This document shows, piece after piece, positions 36,774-46,226 of a stretch of DNA of 64,000 nucleotides. The notes beneath the pieces are model-generated. The model made no database searches. It had not been told where the DNA came from and was given only the letters and a program-made list of their open reading frames with translations. The stretch lies in UHGV virus genome UHGV-1373625; one strand, 5' to 3'. This stretch comes from a virus. The number at the start of each line of letters is the position of its first letter. Position 1 is the stretch's first letter. The position numbers and the translations under genes were made by a program.

Positions 36774-37406
36774 ATGACTAATTTTCGTTCTATAGTTTTG
36801 GAAGAATCCGGTTTAGCTAGCGCTATTCTTGGAACAGGGCTTTCTTTTGGTGTTACGTCTGATTACGAGCTAAATGAAAATGGAAGTCTAGTTTTGACTT
36901 ATGGCAAAGACCTATCTAAGAAAACTCCTGATGAAATAGCGAATAGAATGAAAATCGTTATGGAAAAATTGGCTCCTCTTGAAAAAGGGAATAATAAATT
37001 TCTAGAATTTTTAGTTGTGCATATGGATATTAACGCCCCCCGTTATTGGTGGAGCCAATTTGACACATACAGAATTGGGGTGACGAGATTGTCCGAATCT
37101 ACTATGCACACTCTCATGAAAGGCGAGCTGACTAGAGCTAACTTTTCTGAGGACACGCCTCAAAGAGCCATTGATACCGTAAATTCCTGTATTCGAGAAG
37201 GAGCTTTTGAAGCTGCTAAAGCATCTTTGCCAGAAGGTTTCATGCAAAGAAGAATAGTGTGCACGAATGCAAAAGCTATCAGGAATATGTACTCCCAAAG
37301 AAGAAATCATCGTTTGAAAGAGTGGAAGATTTTTTGGGAGAATGTGGAATGTGACGCGGAAAAATATTATACATTTTCCTATGCGCTTAAAGGGCTATTT
37401 TATTAG
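36774..37406 (+). CDS. Divergent ThyX-like (flavin-dependent thymidylate synthase fold) protein; function uncertain
   Basis: HMDINAPRYWWSQFDTYRIGVTRLSES parallels ThyX [28 protein letters not shown], but the RHR is replaced by TYR; start at 36774 with gaagga RBS. Confidence 0.4.
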   Translation: MTNFRSIVLEESGLASAILGTGLSFGVTSDYELNENGSLVLTYGKDLSKKTPDEIANRMKIVMEKLAPLEKGNNKFLEFLVVHMDINAPRYWWSQFDTYRIGVTRLSESTMHTLMKGELTRANFSEDTPQRAIDTVNSCIREGAFEAAKASLPEGFMQRRIVCTNAKAIRNMYSQRRNHRLKEWKIFWENVECDAEKYYTFSYALKGLFY

Positions 37407-37425
37407 AAAATTTTAGGTAAAATAT

Positions 37426-38181
37426 ATGTATGGATATGTTTATTGTACAACAAATTTAATAACGGGTTGTATGTATATAGGTAGACACGCATCTAGTGTA
37501 TTCGATGAAAAGTATTTTGGCTCGGGAAAGATACTAAAACGAGCTATAAAAAAATATGGAGAGAATAATTTTTCTATAGAGATACTTTGCGAAGCGGAGT
37601 CTTATGAAGATTTAGCTGAGAAAGAACGATATTATATAGCATTATCAGATGCGGTAAACCGTAAAGATTTTTATAATATAGGCAGGGGAGGAGAGGGGTT
37701 CCCTTCTGGAGAAAATCACCCAAATTATGGTAAAAAAGGCAAGGACGCTTTTGGGTGGGGGAAAGTGCATACTGATAAATTTAAAGAATATATGTCGAGA
37801 ATACGAAAAGGTATGAAGTTTTCTTTTGACCATAAGCAAAAATTATCTCAAAAGAAATTAGGGGATGCTACATTAAATAAAGGAAGGCGTGTATCAGAAG
37901 ATACAAAGGCCAAATTATCTCAAATAAACAAAGATGCTCAATTAAATAGGAAAATGGGTATTAAGCAAAATGGTAGAATAAGGACTTTTCATGAGTTCTT
38001 ACACGGCTTTAAAGTTGCTATTTATTTTACAGATGGGTCGATTAAGACTTTTGATAGCATGAAAGCCTGTACGAGATACACTTCATTGAAACATAGGGTG
38101 CGCCACATAAATACTATAAAAAGGATTATTAATGGAGAGACATTACCTCCAGAAGGGGTGAGAAAAATATGCTATATTTAA
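37426..38181 (+). CDS. GIY-YIG homing endonuclease with NUMOD-type DNA-binding repeats
   Basis: GYVYCTTNLITGCMYIGRHA (GIY-YIG), catalytic R..E region, repeated K/H-rich NUMOD3-like motifs. Confidence 0.7.
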   Translation: MYGYVYCTTNLITGCMYIGRHASSVFDEKYFGSGKILKRAIKKYGENNFSIEILCEAESYEDLAEKERYYIALSDAVNRKDFYNIGRGGEGFPSGENHPNYGKKGKDAFGWGKVHTDKFKEYMSRIRKGMKFSFDHKQKLSQKKLGDATLNKGRRVSEDTKAKLSQINKDAQLNRKMGIKQNGRIRTFHEFLHGFKVAIYFTDGSIKTFDSMKACTRYTSLKHRVRHINTIKRIINGETLPPEGVRKICYI

Positions 38182-38203
38182 AAAATATTAAATGGAGGGG
38201 TGG

Positions 38204-38857
38204 ATGTTTAAATTCAATTATTTGGATAGGATTCTTATAGCTCTTTTAATTAGTGTATTTATTGCTAATTCAGTACATAATTATGTAACACTTACAAATT
38301 TTAGAAAAAGTAAGAATATTCAGATAGAGGAACTTCATCATAAGATAGAATTTTTAAGTACAGCGTTAGGAAGTATGGCCTCTGAAAATGCTATTATGAA
38401 GCAGAAGTTGGAAGCCCCTTATCAAAAAAAGGAAAATACGTCTCAAGATAAAAAAGAAATATACGGAGATACAAGGGGGTTGCGAAATAACAATCCCTGT
38501 AATCTTAAAAGCTCGAAGAATACGAAATGGGATGGTCAAGTTGGAAGTGATGGCAAGTTCATCATTTTTGAATCCCCTGAGTATGGTATCCGGGCTTGTG
38601 CAAAAAATCTAAAGAATTATCAACACAAGAACGGCCTTGACACATTGCGGAGCATGGTGTATAGAATGGGACCTCCTCACGAAAACGATACAAAAAAATA
38701 TGTTCGTAATTTATCTAATATCGTAGGGGTATCCCCGGATGAAAAAATTAATGTTCTTAAACATCTCCCCGAGATTATAAAGGGAATCATTTTTCTTGAG
38801 AACGGGAAGATGCCTTACCCCGAGAAGATGTTTATCGGATATACAATCTTTAACTAA
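38204..38857 (+). CDS. Membrane-anchored protein with a conserved RGLRNNNPCNLK motif; possibly cell-wall-related
   Basis: N-terminal TM helix; the motif is remembered from phage/PG-associated proteins but no family is assigned. Confidence 0.45.
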   Translation: MFKFNYLDRILIALLISVFIANSVHNYVTLTNFRKSKNIQIEELHHKIEFLSTALGSMASENAIMKQKLEAPYQKKENTSQDKKEIYGDTRGLRNNNPCNLKSSKNTKWDGQVGSDGKFIIFESPEYGIRACAKNLKNYQHKNGLDTLRSMVYRMGPPHENDTKKYVRNLSNIVGVSPDEKINVLKHLPEIIKGIIFLENGKMPYPEKMFIGYTIFN

Positions 38858-38871
38858 TAAGGAGAATTTAC

Positions 38872-39327
38872 ATGAGCAATCACGTTATCAACTTCAAGCG
38901 TTTTCATGAAAATGCCAGTATGCCCCTCCGTGGAACCGATTGGTCTGCTGGATATGACCTTCATGCGGTCACCTGCGATATTGATTGGGATAAAGGGCTT
39001 GTTACCTATGGAACCGGAATCGGTATGGAAATCCCTGCGGGGTACGTGGGCCTCGTGTTTCCTCGTTCTTCTGTATTCAAGAAGGAAATGACGCTCTCTA
39101 ATTGCGTAGGCGTCATTGACTCCGATTATCGCGGAGAGATCAAGGCTGTCTTCCGTATTCCCAAGAATTACTTCCAAGATCCTAGCCTTGCGAATAAAAT
39201 TTATGTAACGGGCGACCGGATTTGCCAGATTGTCATCGTTCCGTATCTTCCTGTCGATTGGGTGGAGACTGAGGAGCTTTCCACAACCGTTCGAGGTACT
39301 GGCGGGTTTGGCAGCACTGGTGTGTAA
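38872..39327 (+). CDS. dut: dUTP diphosphatase
   Basis: AGYDL, GVIDSDYRGE and RGTGGFGSTG, all canonical dUTPase motifs. Confidence 0.85.
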   Translation: MSNHVINFKRFHENASMPLRGTDWSAGYDLHAVTCDIDWDKGLVTYGTGIGMEIPAGYVGLVFPRSSVFKKEMTLSNCVGVIDSDYRGEIKAVFRIPKNYFQDPSLANKIYVTGDRICQIVIVPYLPVDWVETEELSTTVRGTGGFGSTGV

Positions 39328-39386
39328 ATAGAAAATTGGGAAGGGGGCTTTAAGCCCCCTTAAACTAAAGTTATATGGAGATAAAT

Positions 39387-41570
39387 ATGGGAAAGAAGCC
39401 TAACATGATTATTAAGCGTGATGGTTCTAAAGTCCTTTTTGACCCCAAAAAGATTGAACTTGCTATTACTAAAGCTCTTATTTCGGAAGGGGTAGCTTCT
39501 ATTTTTACTGGAACTGCTCACGCTATTGCTGAATCTTTTGAAAGTGAAAATGAAACTCCAACGATTAAAGAAATTGAAGAATATGTTTTTAAGAGCCTTT
39601 GCGAGGCCGGGCTTCCTCTTGTAGCAAAAGCCTACGAAGGTTACAGGAGTATTCGAGAATTTCAACGCTCTGATCAATTTACCGATGAATCCATCCTTTC
39701 TATTGTAGCCGGAGGAACGGATGAGGACCTTCGAGATGAGAATAGTAATAAGAATGTCGCTACAGCGTCTACGCAACGAGACATGATCGCTGGTGAGGCT
39801 TCAAAAGATATTGCGATGCGGCACATGCTCCCCCCTCATGTTGTACAGGCCCATAAAGACGGGCTTATTCACTTCCATGATTTGGATTATGCTGTGCAGC
39901 GAATTTTTAACTGTTGTCTTGTTGATTTGCGTGGTCCATTTAAGGACGGAACCGTTATTAATAAGAAGATGATTGAGACTCCTAAGTCGTTCAGGACAGC
40001 CTGTACAGTCGCTACGCAGATCGTCCAACAGGTAGCGTGTGGACAATACGGTGGTCAGACTATTTCCCTCGCGCATCTCGCTCCGTATGTTAGGGTAAGC
40101 TACGAAAAGATTAAAAACCAAGTTAGAGAAGAACTTTTTGGGGATGATGTCCCTCTTGCGTCTCCCACTAAGCTTTGCGGGAATCGAGAAGTTGAGCATA
40201 TTGCCAAGAAGCGGCTTCGTAAAGAAATTGAGGATGGTTTACAAACCATTCAGTATCAGGTAAACACTTTTTCGACAAGTAATGGGCAAGCTCCGTTCCT
40301 TAGTATTTTCATGTATCTGAATGAAGATCCTGAATATATTGAAGAGACGGCAATGCTTATTGAAGAGATGATTAAGCAACGATACATCGGGATGAAGAAT
40401 GAAGCCGGAGTGTATGTTACCCCCGCGTTTCCTAAACTCCTGTATGTGCTTGATGAAAATAATGTTCCTAAAGATAGTAAGTATCGGTATCTGACAGATC
40501 TGGCGGTGAAATGTGTAGCTAGGCGTATGATGCCGGACTTCATTTCCGCAAAAAAGATGAAAGAAAATTATGAAGATGTTTTCCCCTGCATGGGATGCCG
40601 TTCTTTTCTTTCTCAATATAGAGATAAAGATGGCAAGCTGAAATGGTATAATAGATTCAATCAGGGTGTGGTAACTTTGAACCTTGCGGATGCAGGACTT
40701 TCCGCAGACGGTAATATTGACGCTTTCTGGAAAATCCTTGACGAGCGCCTTGAATTGGTTCATGATGGCCTCATGTGCAAACATAAGAGCCTTCTTGGTA
40801 CGAAGGCCGAAAAGTCTCCTATCCATTGGCAGCATGGAGTTATCGCTCGCCTTAAAAAAGATGATGTAATTGACCCATATTTGAAAGATGGGTATTCAAC
40901 TTTGTCTCTCGGATACATTGGGCTCCATGAATGCGTTCTTGCTCTTATCGGAGAATCACATACTACGGAACGTGGAGAAGAACTTGCTGTACGTATTATG
41001 CGTAGATTGAGAAAAGCTTGCGACGATTGGCGTGCAGAATCTGGTCTTGGATTCAGCTTGTACGGGTCGCCTTCCGAATCTACAACTTATCGTCTTGCAC
41101 AGACAACTCAGAAGCGATTTGGAGTGGTTAAGGGAATTACTGACCGAGATTATTTGACAAATTCATACCATGTTGATGTAACCGAAAAGATTAGTGCATT
41201 TGATAAACTTCGTTTTGAATCTCAATTTCAGAAAATTTCTTCCGGTGGCTGCATCAGCTATGTGGAAGTTCCGAATTTGGAGCAGAACCTCGAAGTGATT
41301 GATCAATTGGTTTCTTATATGTATGAAACTATTCAGTACGCTGAGATCAATACCAAATCGGACTATTGCGCTAAATGTGGATTTCGAGGAGAAATCAAAC
41401 TGAATAATAATCTTGATTGGGAATGTCCTCAGTGCCATACGGTAAATCGAGATGATCTTACTGTTTGCCGTAGAACTTGTGGCTACTTGGGCGATAATTT
41501 TTGGAACAAGGGACGAACCGAGGAAATCGGTGCCCGAGTATTGCATGTTGACAATGAAGACTTGAGCTGA
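39387..41570 (+). CDS. nrdD: Anaerobic ribonucleoside-triphosphate reductase (class III)
   Basis: C-terminal glycyl-radical region CRRTCGYLG and Zn ribbon CAKCG..CPQC; start at 39387 with ggaga RBS. Confidence 0.85.
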   Translation: MGKKPNMIIKRDGSKVLFDPKKIELAITKALISEGVASIFTGTAHAIAESFESENETPTIKEIEEYVFKSLCEAGLPLVAKAYEGYRSIREFQRSDQFTDESILSIVAGGTDEDLRDENSNKNVATASTQRDMIAGEASKDIAMRHMLPPHVVQAHKDGLIHFHDLDYAVQRIFNCCLVDLRGPFKDGTVINKKMIETPKSFRTACTVATQIVQQVACGQYGGQTISLAHLAPYVRVSYEKIKNQVREELFGDDVPLASPTKLCGNREVEHIAKKRLRKEIEDGLQTIQYQVNTFSTSNGQAPFLSIFMYLNEDPEYIEETAMLIEEMIKQRYIGMKNEAGVYVTPAFPKLLYVLDENNVPKDSKYRYLTDLAVKCVARRMMPDFISAKKMKENYEDVFPCMGCRSFLSQYRDKDGKLKWYNRFNQGVVTLNLADAGLSADGNIDAFWKILDERLELVHDGLMCKHKSLLGTKAEKSPIHWQHGVIARLKKDDVIDPYLKDGYSTLSLGYIGLHECVLALIGESHTTERGEELAVRIMRRLRKACDDWRAESGLGFSLYGSPSESTTYRLAQTTQKRFGVVKGITDRDYLTNSYHVDVTEKISAFDKLRFESQFQKISSGGCISYVEVPNLEQNLEVIDQLVSYMYETIQYAEINTKSDYCAKCGFRGEIKLNNNLDWECPQCHTVNRDDLTVCRRTCGYLGDNFWNKGRTEEIGARVLHVDNEDLS

Positions 41571-41630
41571 TAGACATAGGGCCTGTAAGTAAAATATATT
41601 TACAGGCCCTTACTAAATAAAGGAGGATCT

Positions 41631-41915
41631 ATGGAGTTTACGAATCGAGAAGGTGCGGTAGTTTCCGCATTTACTGGATTTCTGATGGGTGCATGGAGTG
41701 AATACCATTCTTATGTTGAGGAACTTTTTGGGCGGCCCGTAACCCCCGCAGAAATGTGTGACCCTGATTTTAGAAAGGAGCTTAGAGAAAAAGCCCGTCC
41801 AGATTATACTGCTATTTGTGATACGCTCTATGGAGAATGGCTTAATAGCGAAAAATGTAAGAAGGAAATAGAGGCGTGTTTAAAGAAAGTAGATGATATT
41901 TTTAAGGAGGTGTAA
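41631..41915 (+). CDS. hypothetical protein
   Basis: 94 aa, aaaggagg RBS. Confidence 0.5.
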   Translation: MEFTNREGAVVSAFTGFLMGAWSEYHSYVEELFGRPVTPAEMCDPDFRKELREKARPDYTAICDTLYGEWLNSEKCKKEIEACLKKVDDIFKEV

Positions 41916-41917
41916 TA

Positions 41918-42397
41918 ATGAGCGAGCTATATCAAACTATTATAGAAATACCTAAATTCACACTGTTCATCCCTACCGAAGAACGCCCCATCCATAGAAT
42001 TGTTCTTGGAACTCATAGATGCAGAATTGTGGATATTGGGGATGACGCCTTTCCTATCGAGAATGGAACTCTTTCTTTTGCAAATGGTCTTAACCTTTTT
42101 CGGGTTAAGGGACGCTATTCTCAATATGATCTTCTTTTTAAGGAGCAAATACCAGAAGAAGAAATTGATAAATACGATAAGGATGATTCTGAAATCTATT
42201 ATGCTCGTAAGCATTGGTTTTCAAATAAGAAAGTGGCGTATGGGGATGGATGGTGCAAGTTAAAAGAAAAAAGGGAAATTGATATAATTTTCAAAGCTCC
42301 TTTGCATCTTAGTATAGCCCTCATCCCTTTGGAGCAGCGAGAAGAGCTTTGGGAAGATTTGATTAAGAAAGGATCCGTAGTATATGAAGGATACTAA
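41918..42397 (+). CDS. hypothetical protein
   Basis: 159 aa, aaggagg RBS. Confidence 0.5.
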   Translation: MSELYQTIIEIPKFTLFIPTEERPIHRIVLGTHRCRIVDIGDDAFPIENGTLSFANGLNLFRVKGRYSQYDLLFKEQIPEEEIDKYDKDDSEIYYARKHWFSNKKVAYGDGWCKLKEKREIDIIFKAPLHLSIALIPLEQREELWEDLIKKGSVVYEGY

Positions 42398-42938
42398 AGT
42401 TATCAATCTTTATGGAGGCCCCGGATGCGGGAAAAGTACCGGAGCCGCCCATATATTCTCGGAGCTAAAGCTGTGTGGGATTTCTTGCGAGCTTGTAACT
42501 GAGTTTGCTAAAGATTGTGTATGGGACAATAGCGTCGACCTACTGAATGATCAATTGCTCGTTACTGCGCAGCAATGGCATCGAGTAGATAGGCTTCTTG
42601 GAAAAGTTGATTATGTTATTACGGACTCGCCTATCCTGATTGGACTGGCATATATCGCTCCTAGGTCTTATTACTCCGCGCCTTTGACAAATCTAATTTT
42701 AAACCTTCATCAGTCTGCAAAAACAATAGATGTTCTTGTAAAAAGGGTTAAAAAATATTCCTCGACAGGTAGAATTCAAACGGAAACGGAAGCAAAAGAG
42801 AAAGACTCTATCATCAAAGAGATTTTTGATAAGTATACTAACTTGTCTTCTCAATTCTATATTGTTGGAGATGAGGATGGTTATAATGCTGTAATCGACC
42901 TAATTCTTTTTAACCATAAAGGAAAGAGAAATAATTAA
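42384..42938 (+). CDS. P-loop NTPase, possible (d)NMP kinase-like
   Basis: LYGGPGCGKST Walker A near the N-terminus, within the nucleotide-metabolism block. Confidence 0.45.
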   Translation: MKDTKVINLYGGPGCGKSTGAAHIFSELKLCGISCELVTEFAKDCVWDNSVDLLNDQLLVTAQQWHRVDRLLGKVDYVITDSPILIGLAYIAPRSYYSAPLTNLILNLHQSAKTIDVLVKRVKKYSSTGRIQTETEAKEKDSIIKEIFDKYTNLSSQFYIVGDEDGYNAVIDLILFNHKGKRNN

Positions 42939-43441
42939 TGAGATATGCAAAAATTCGTCTTATGGACATAGCGAACGGCCCCGGCATTAGAGTAAGTATT
43001 TATTTTCAAGGTTGCAGTCATCATTGTAAAAATTGTTTTAATCCAGAAACGTGGCCTTTTGACGAAGGCTCCGAACTTAGCGAACCTGAAATTAAAGCTA
43101 TTATTGATGCCGCAAAAGAGCCATTTATTAAAGGTCTTTCAATACTCGGAGGAGAACCTTTCCAACAAAACCACGAAGACCTTGCGGAATTTATTCAAAG
43201 ATTTAAATGGGAAGTTAATAAGCCCATTTGGATCTGGACCGGATATAAGTTTGAGGATTTGGTTAAACATTCATTTTTGCGCGATAAAGTGCTTTCTGAG
43301 GTCATAACCGTTGTCGACGGAACATTTATTGATTCCCTAAAAGACCCAAATCTTAAATTCAGGGGGAGCAGCAATCAGCGTATCATTGATGTTCAAAAAT
43401 CGTTGAAAGAAAATAAAGTAATCACCTATTCCGAATATTGA
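42938..43441 (+). CDS. nrdG: Anaerobic ribonucleotide reductase activating protein (radical SAM)
   Basis: CSHHCKNCFNPETW CxxxCxxC motif; size and context next to nrdD. Confidence 0.8.
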   Translation: MRYAKIRLMDIANGPGIRVSIYFQGCSHHCKNCFNPETWPFDEGSELSEPEIKAIIDAAKEPFIKGLSILGGEPFQQNHEDLAEFIQRFKWEVNKPIWIWTGYKFEDLVKHSFLRDKVLSEVITVVDGTFIDSLKDPNLKFRGSSNQRIIDVQKSLKENKVITYSEY

Positions 43442-43461
43442 TATAAATAAAAATTAATAAT

Positions 43462-43490
43462 GGGGCGTATTTACGCCCCTTAATTTTTAT
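43462..43490 (+). terminator. Rho-independent terminator (ggggcg-tattta-cgcccc + TTAATTTTTAT)
   Basis: GC-rich stem and T-tract between nrdG and the head module. Confidence 0.7.
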
Positions 43491-43544
43491 ATTTTACAAT
43501 TTTGTCAATTTTTTACTTGACAAAGGAAAATATATGTCGTATAG
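43489..43544 (+). promoter_or_regulatory. Third copy of the ATTTTACAATTTTGTCAA motif followed by TTGACA-17-TATAGG; candidate late promoter/activator site for the structural operon
   Basis: Motif at 43489-43507, TTGACA at 43516. Confidence 0.45.
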
Positions 43545-43580
43545 GACGTAGTAGTAAATTTTTACCGCAGGGCGGGTATT

Positions 43581-44909
43581 ATGGGTTTTTTAAATATTTT
43601 CAATAACTTCCGAAAAAAGGATTCAGAGTCTAAATCGAATATGGACGATTCGTTCTTAAATTCGATCTCTGTTTCCGATTCCGGTACTCCAGTAACTACG
43701 CGGACAGCGCTTGATTGCTCTGTCGTCTTGGCTTGTGTTTCCGTTATTTCCAATGGTATCGCTCAGGTTCCTTTTCGTTTGTATCAAAAAAAGGGAAATA
43801 CTAGAAAGCCAGCGGAAAATCATCCATTGTATTGGCTTTTTGAGGAAGGCCCAAATCCATATCAAAGCCAATTTGAATTTCGGGAGACTCTCGGCTTGCA
43901 TCTTGCGCTGACTGGAGAGGCTTTCGTTTGGCTTGTAAGAGTACGTGGAGAGATTAAGGAGATGTATCCTTTCCCTCCCGGCATGGTTAATGTTCAGATG
44001 GATGAATCTGATTCTCTTGGGCTTCGGTCAAAATATTTTGTAACGACCGAAAACGGGCGATATATTGAAATTCCTGAAAAGGATATGTGGCATTTGAAGT
44101 GGAGAGGGTACGATGTTATTCGTGGACTGTCCCCCGTCAAATTGGCAAAAAATGCTATTGGTCTTTCTTTGTCTTCGGATAAATATCTTGGAACGTCTTT
44201 AAAGAATGGAGTTAAACCTTCCGGCATTCTTACCGCAGTAAATGACTTGACAGAGGAACAGAGAAAGCGTATTCGTGAGACGTGGGAGAGAGAATATAGC
44301 GGTTCAAGAAATGCCAATAAGACAATTATCTTGAGCAACGATTTTCGATATCAGCAGATGTCCATGACTAATCAGGACGCTCAGTTTGTTGAGAATCGTC
44401 AATTCCAAGTTGCGGATCTTTGTCGAAATTGGGGAGTGATGCCAATCATGGTCTTTGATTATATGAAGACCACAACGTACGCATCTTCCGAACAGCTTTT
44501 CTTGCAGCATAAAATTCATACGCTTGATCCGTGGTATCGGCGTATTGAAACAAGTGCCAATAAATTCTTGCTCACAGAAGAACAGCGTAGAAAGGAAGGT
44601 CTGTATTTCAAGTTCATGGATGATGGATTGCTTCGTGGCGACGCGAAAAGCCGTGCCGAAGTTTATCGTACTGCCATCAATTCCGGGTATATGACTCCTA
44701 ACGAAGTTCGAGCCCTGTCTGAAATGAATCCCGTCAAGGGCGGTGATGAGCTATTTATGCAGGGAGCTATGAGGACTGTAGAATCCATTGTTAAGGAAGC
44801 GGACGTAATGGACGCACAGATTCCTCAATCAGGTAGTACAATTCCGAAAAAACTTAAAAACGGAGAGACGAACAATGGCGATCAACGGAATGACGAAGAC
44901 AATGAGTAA
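43581..44909 (+). CDS. Portal protein, HK97 family
   Basis: 442 aa, first gene of the head module; layout typical of HK97-family portals. Confidence 0.75.
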   Translation: MGFLNIFNNFRKKDSESKSNMDDSFLNSISVSDSGTPVTTRTALDCSVVLACVSVISNGIAQVPFRLYQKKGNTRKPAENHPLYWLFEEGPNPYQSQFEFRETLGLHLALTGEAFVWLVRVRGEIKEMYPFPPGMVNVQMDESDSLGLRSKYFVTTENGRYIEIPEKDMWHLKWRGYDVIRGLSPVKLAKNAIGLSLSSDKYLGTSLKNGVKPSGILTAVNDLTEEQRKRIRETWEREYSGSRNANKTIILSNDFRYQQMSMTNQDAQFVENRQFQVADLCRNWGVMPIMVFDYMKTTTYASSEQLFLQHKIHTLDPWYRRIETSANKFLLTEEQRRKEGLYFKFMDDGLLRGDAKSRAEVYRTAINSGYMTPNEVRALSEMNPVKGGDELFMQGAMRTVESIVKEADVMDAQIPQSGSTIPKKLKNGETNNGDQRNDEDNE

Positions 44910-45078
44910 AGATAAAGCCACCCTTTCTAAGCTTATTTATTTCAAGAAACGTGATTTGGATTGGGTAGAGGAGCTTTTGCGGCAAGGCGTCGACCCAACC
45001 TGTACTGAATATGAACTCATTAAAAAAGAGTTGGCGGAACTGGAGAGCGAATTTAAAGGAAATTCGGAGAAAAAATAA
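44875..45078 (+). CDS. Small hypothetical protein between portal and protease
   Basis: 67 aa overlapping the portal 3' end; ggagag RBS. Confidence 0.35.
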   Translation: MAINGMTKTMSKDKATLSKLIYFKKRDLDWVEELLRQGVDPTCTEYELIKKELAELESEFKGNSEKK

Positions 45079-46016
45079 TGACAGTTGAAACGAAACATTT
45101 TTGCCCTTTTAGTGATCTTGAATGTAAAAGTGATGACGGAGATCAATATACATTTTCCGGATATCTCGCCGTTTGCAATAATGTCGACCAAGGTATGGAC
45201 GTTATCATGCCCGGCGCATTTAAAGACACTCTCCGAGAATGGAAAAATAAGGGGCATTATCCTCCAATGCTAAAGCAGCATGGCGGCCTGAAACTTACCG
45301 CTGATGATCTTGAGCCTATTGGAAAATGGACGCTTATGCGTGAGGATGAAAAGGGCCTTTATGTAGAAGGGAAACTTTTCAGTACCACGTCTGGCAAAGA
45401 TATGTGGACAGTCTTGAAAGAATCAGACCCCGGTTCTATGGGCATGAGCATTGGCTATCAAGCCAGAGATTATAAATATGTGGAAGGAAAGAAATACGGT
45501 CGGAAATTTTCCGCATATACTGTCCGAGAATTAAATAAAGTACATCTTATTGAAGGGTCTGTGGTGACGTTTCCCATGAATACGGAAGCTACTATTGACG
45601 CGGTGAAAAATATCGGCACTCTGCGAGATGCCGAACAATTCCTCCGTGAAAAAGGTTTTTCTAATAAGGAAGCCAAAGATATCGTTGTCCAGCTTAAATC
45701 CATTATCTCCGCTGATATTGATGCGGAAATCAAAGGAATTAAACAGCCGGAAGAATCTAAGGAGACTCATGAAGAACCCAAGGGCATCCAAGAGGAATCC
45801 GTAAATATTTCCGAAGAGTCGAATGAGCCCGAAAACAATACTCCCGAAAATAACGCCGAAGATAAAACGAAAGGCGAAACTGTTTCTGAAAATACAGAAG
45901 AAGCTAAAATGGACGAAGAACTTTCTGCATGGCTTGATGAGGTTATTGCTGCCAAACGTAAAGAAAATGCAGAAAGGGAAGCTCTGGAAGCCTTGGAAGC
46001 GTTGTTTCGAAAATAA
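45078..46016 (+). CDS. Prohead protease (HK97 / S78 family) with an acidic C-terminal region
   Basis: N-terminal FSGYLAVCNNVDQGMDVIMPGAFKDTL resembles the S78 catalytic region. Confidence 0.7.
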   Translation: MTVETKHFCPFSDLECKSDDGDQYTFSGYLAVCNNVDQGMDVIMPGAFKDTLREWKNKGHYPPMLKQHGGLKLTADDLEPIGKWTLMREDEKGLYVEGKLFSTTSGKDMWTVLKESDPGSMGMSIGYQARDYKYVEGKKYGRKFSAYTVRELNKVHLIEGSVVTFPMNTEATIDAVKNIGTLRDAEQFLREKGFSNKEAKDIVVQLKSIISADIDAEIKGIKQPEESKETHEEPKGIQEESVNISEESNEPENNTPENNAEDKTKGETVSENTEEAKMDEELSAWLDEVIAAKRKENAEREALEALEALFRK

Positions 46017-46226
46017 TTTTTAATAAAAAATATGACTGATTATTACGCCGTTTTCTTAATTGAGACGGCGTAATTTTTTTGTTCTTTTTAAAAAAGGGGT
46101 TGACAAAAATGTAAAAATATGATTTACACTATCAAAGTCAATATTGGCAATGCCTCAGTTCGGGATGAATGGGAGGTACTTTTTACTTTATCTATTTTAA
46201 AAATCTCGAAAAGAGGAAGTGTTTTT

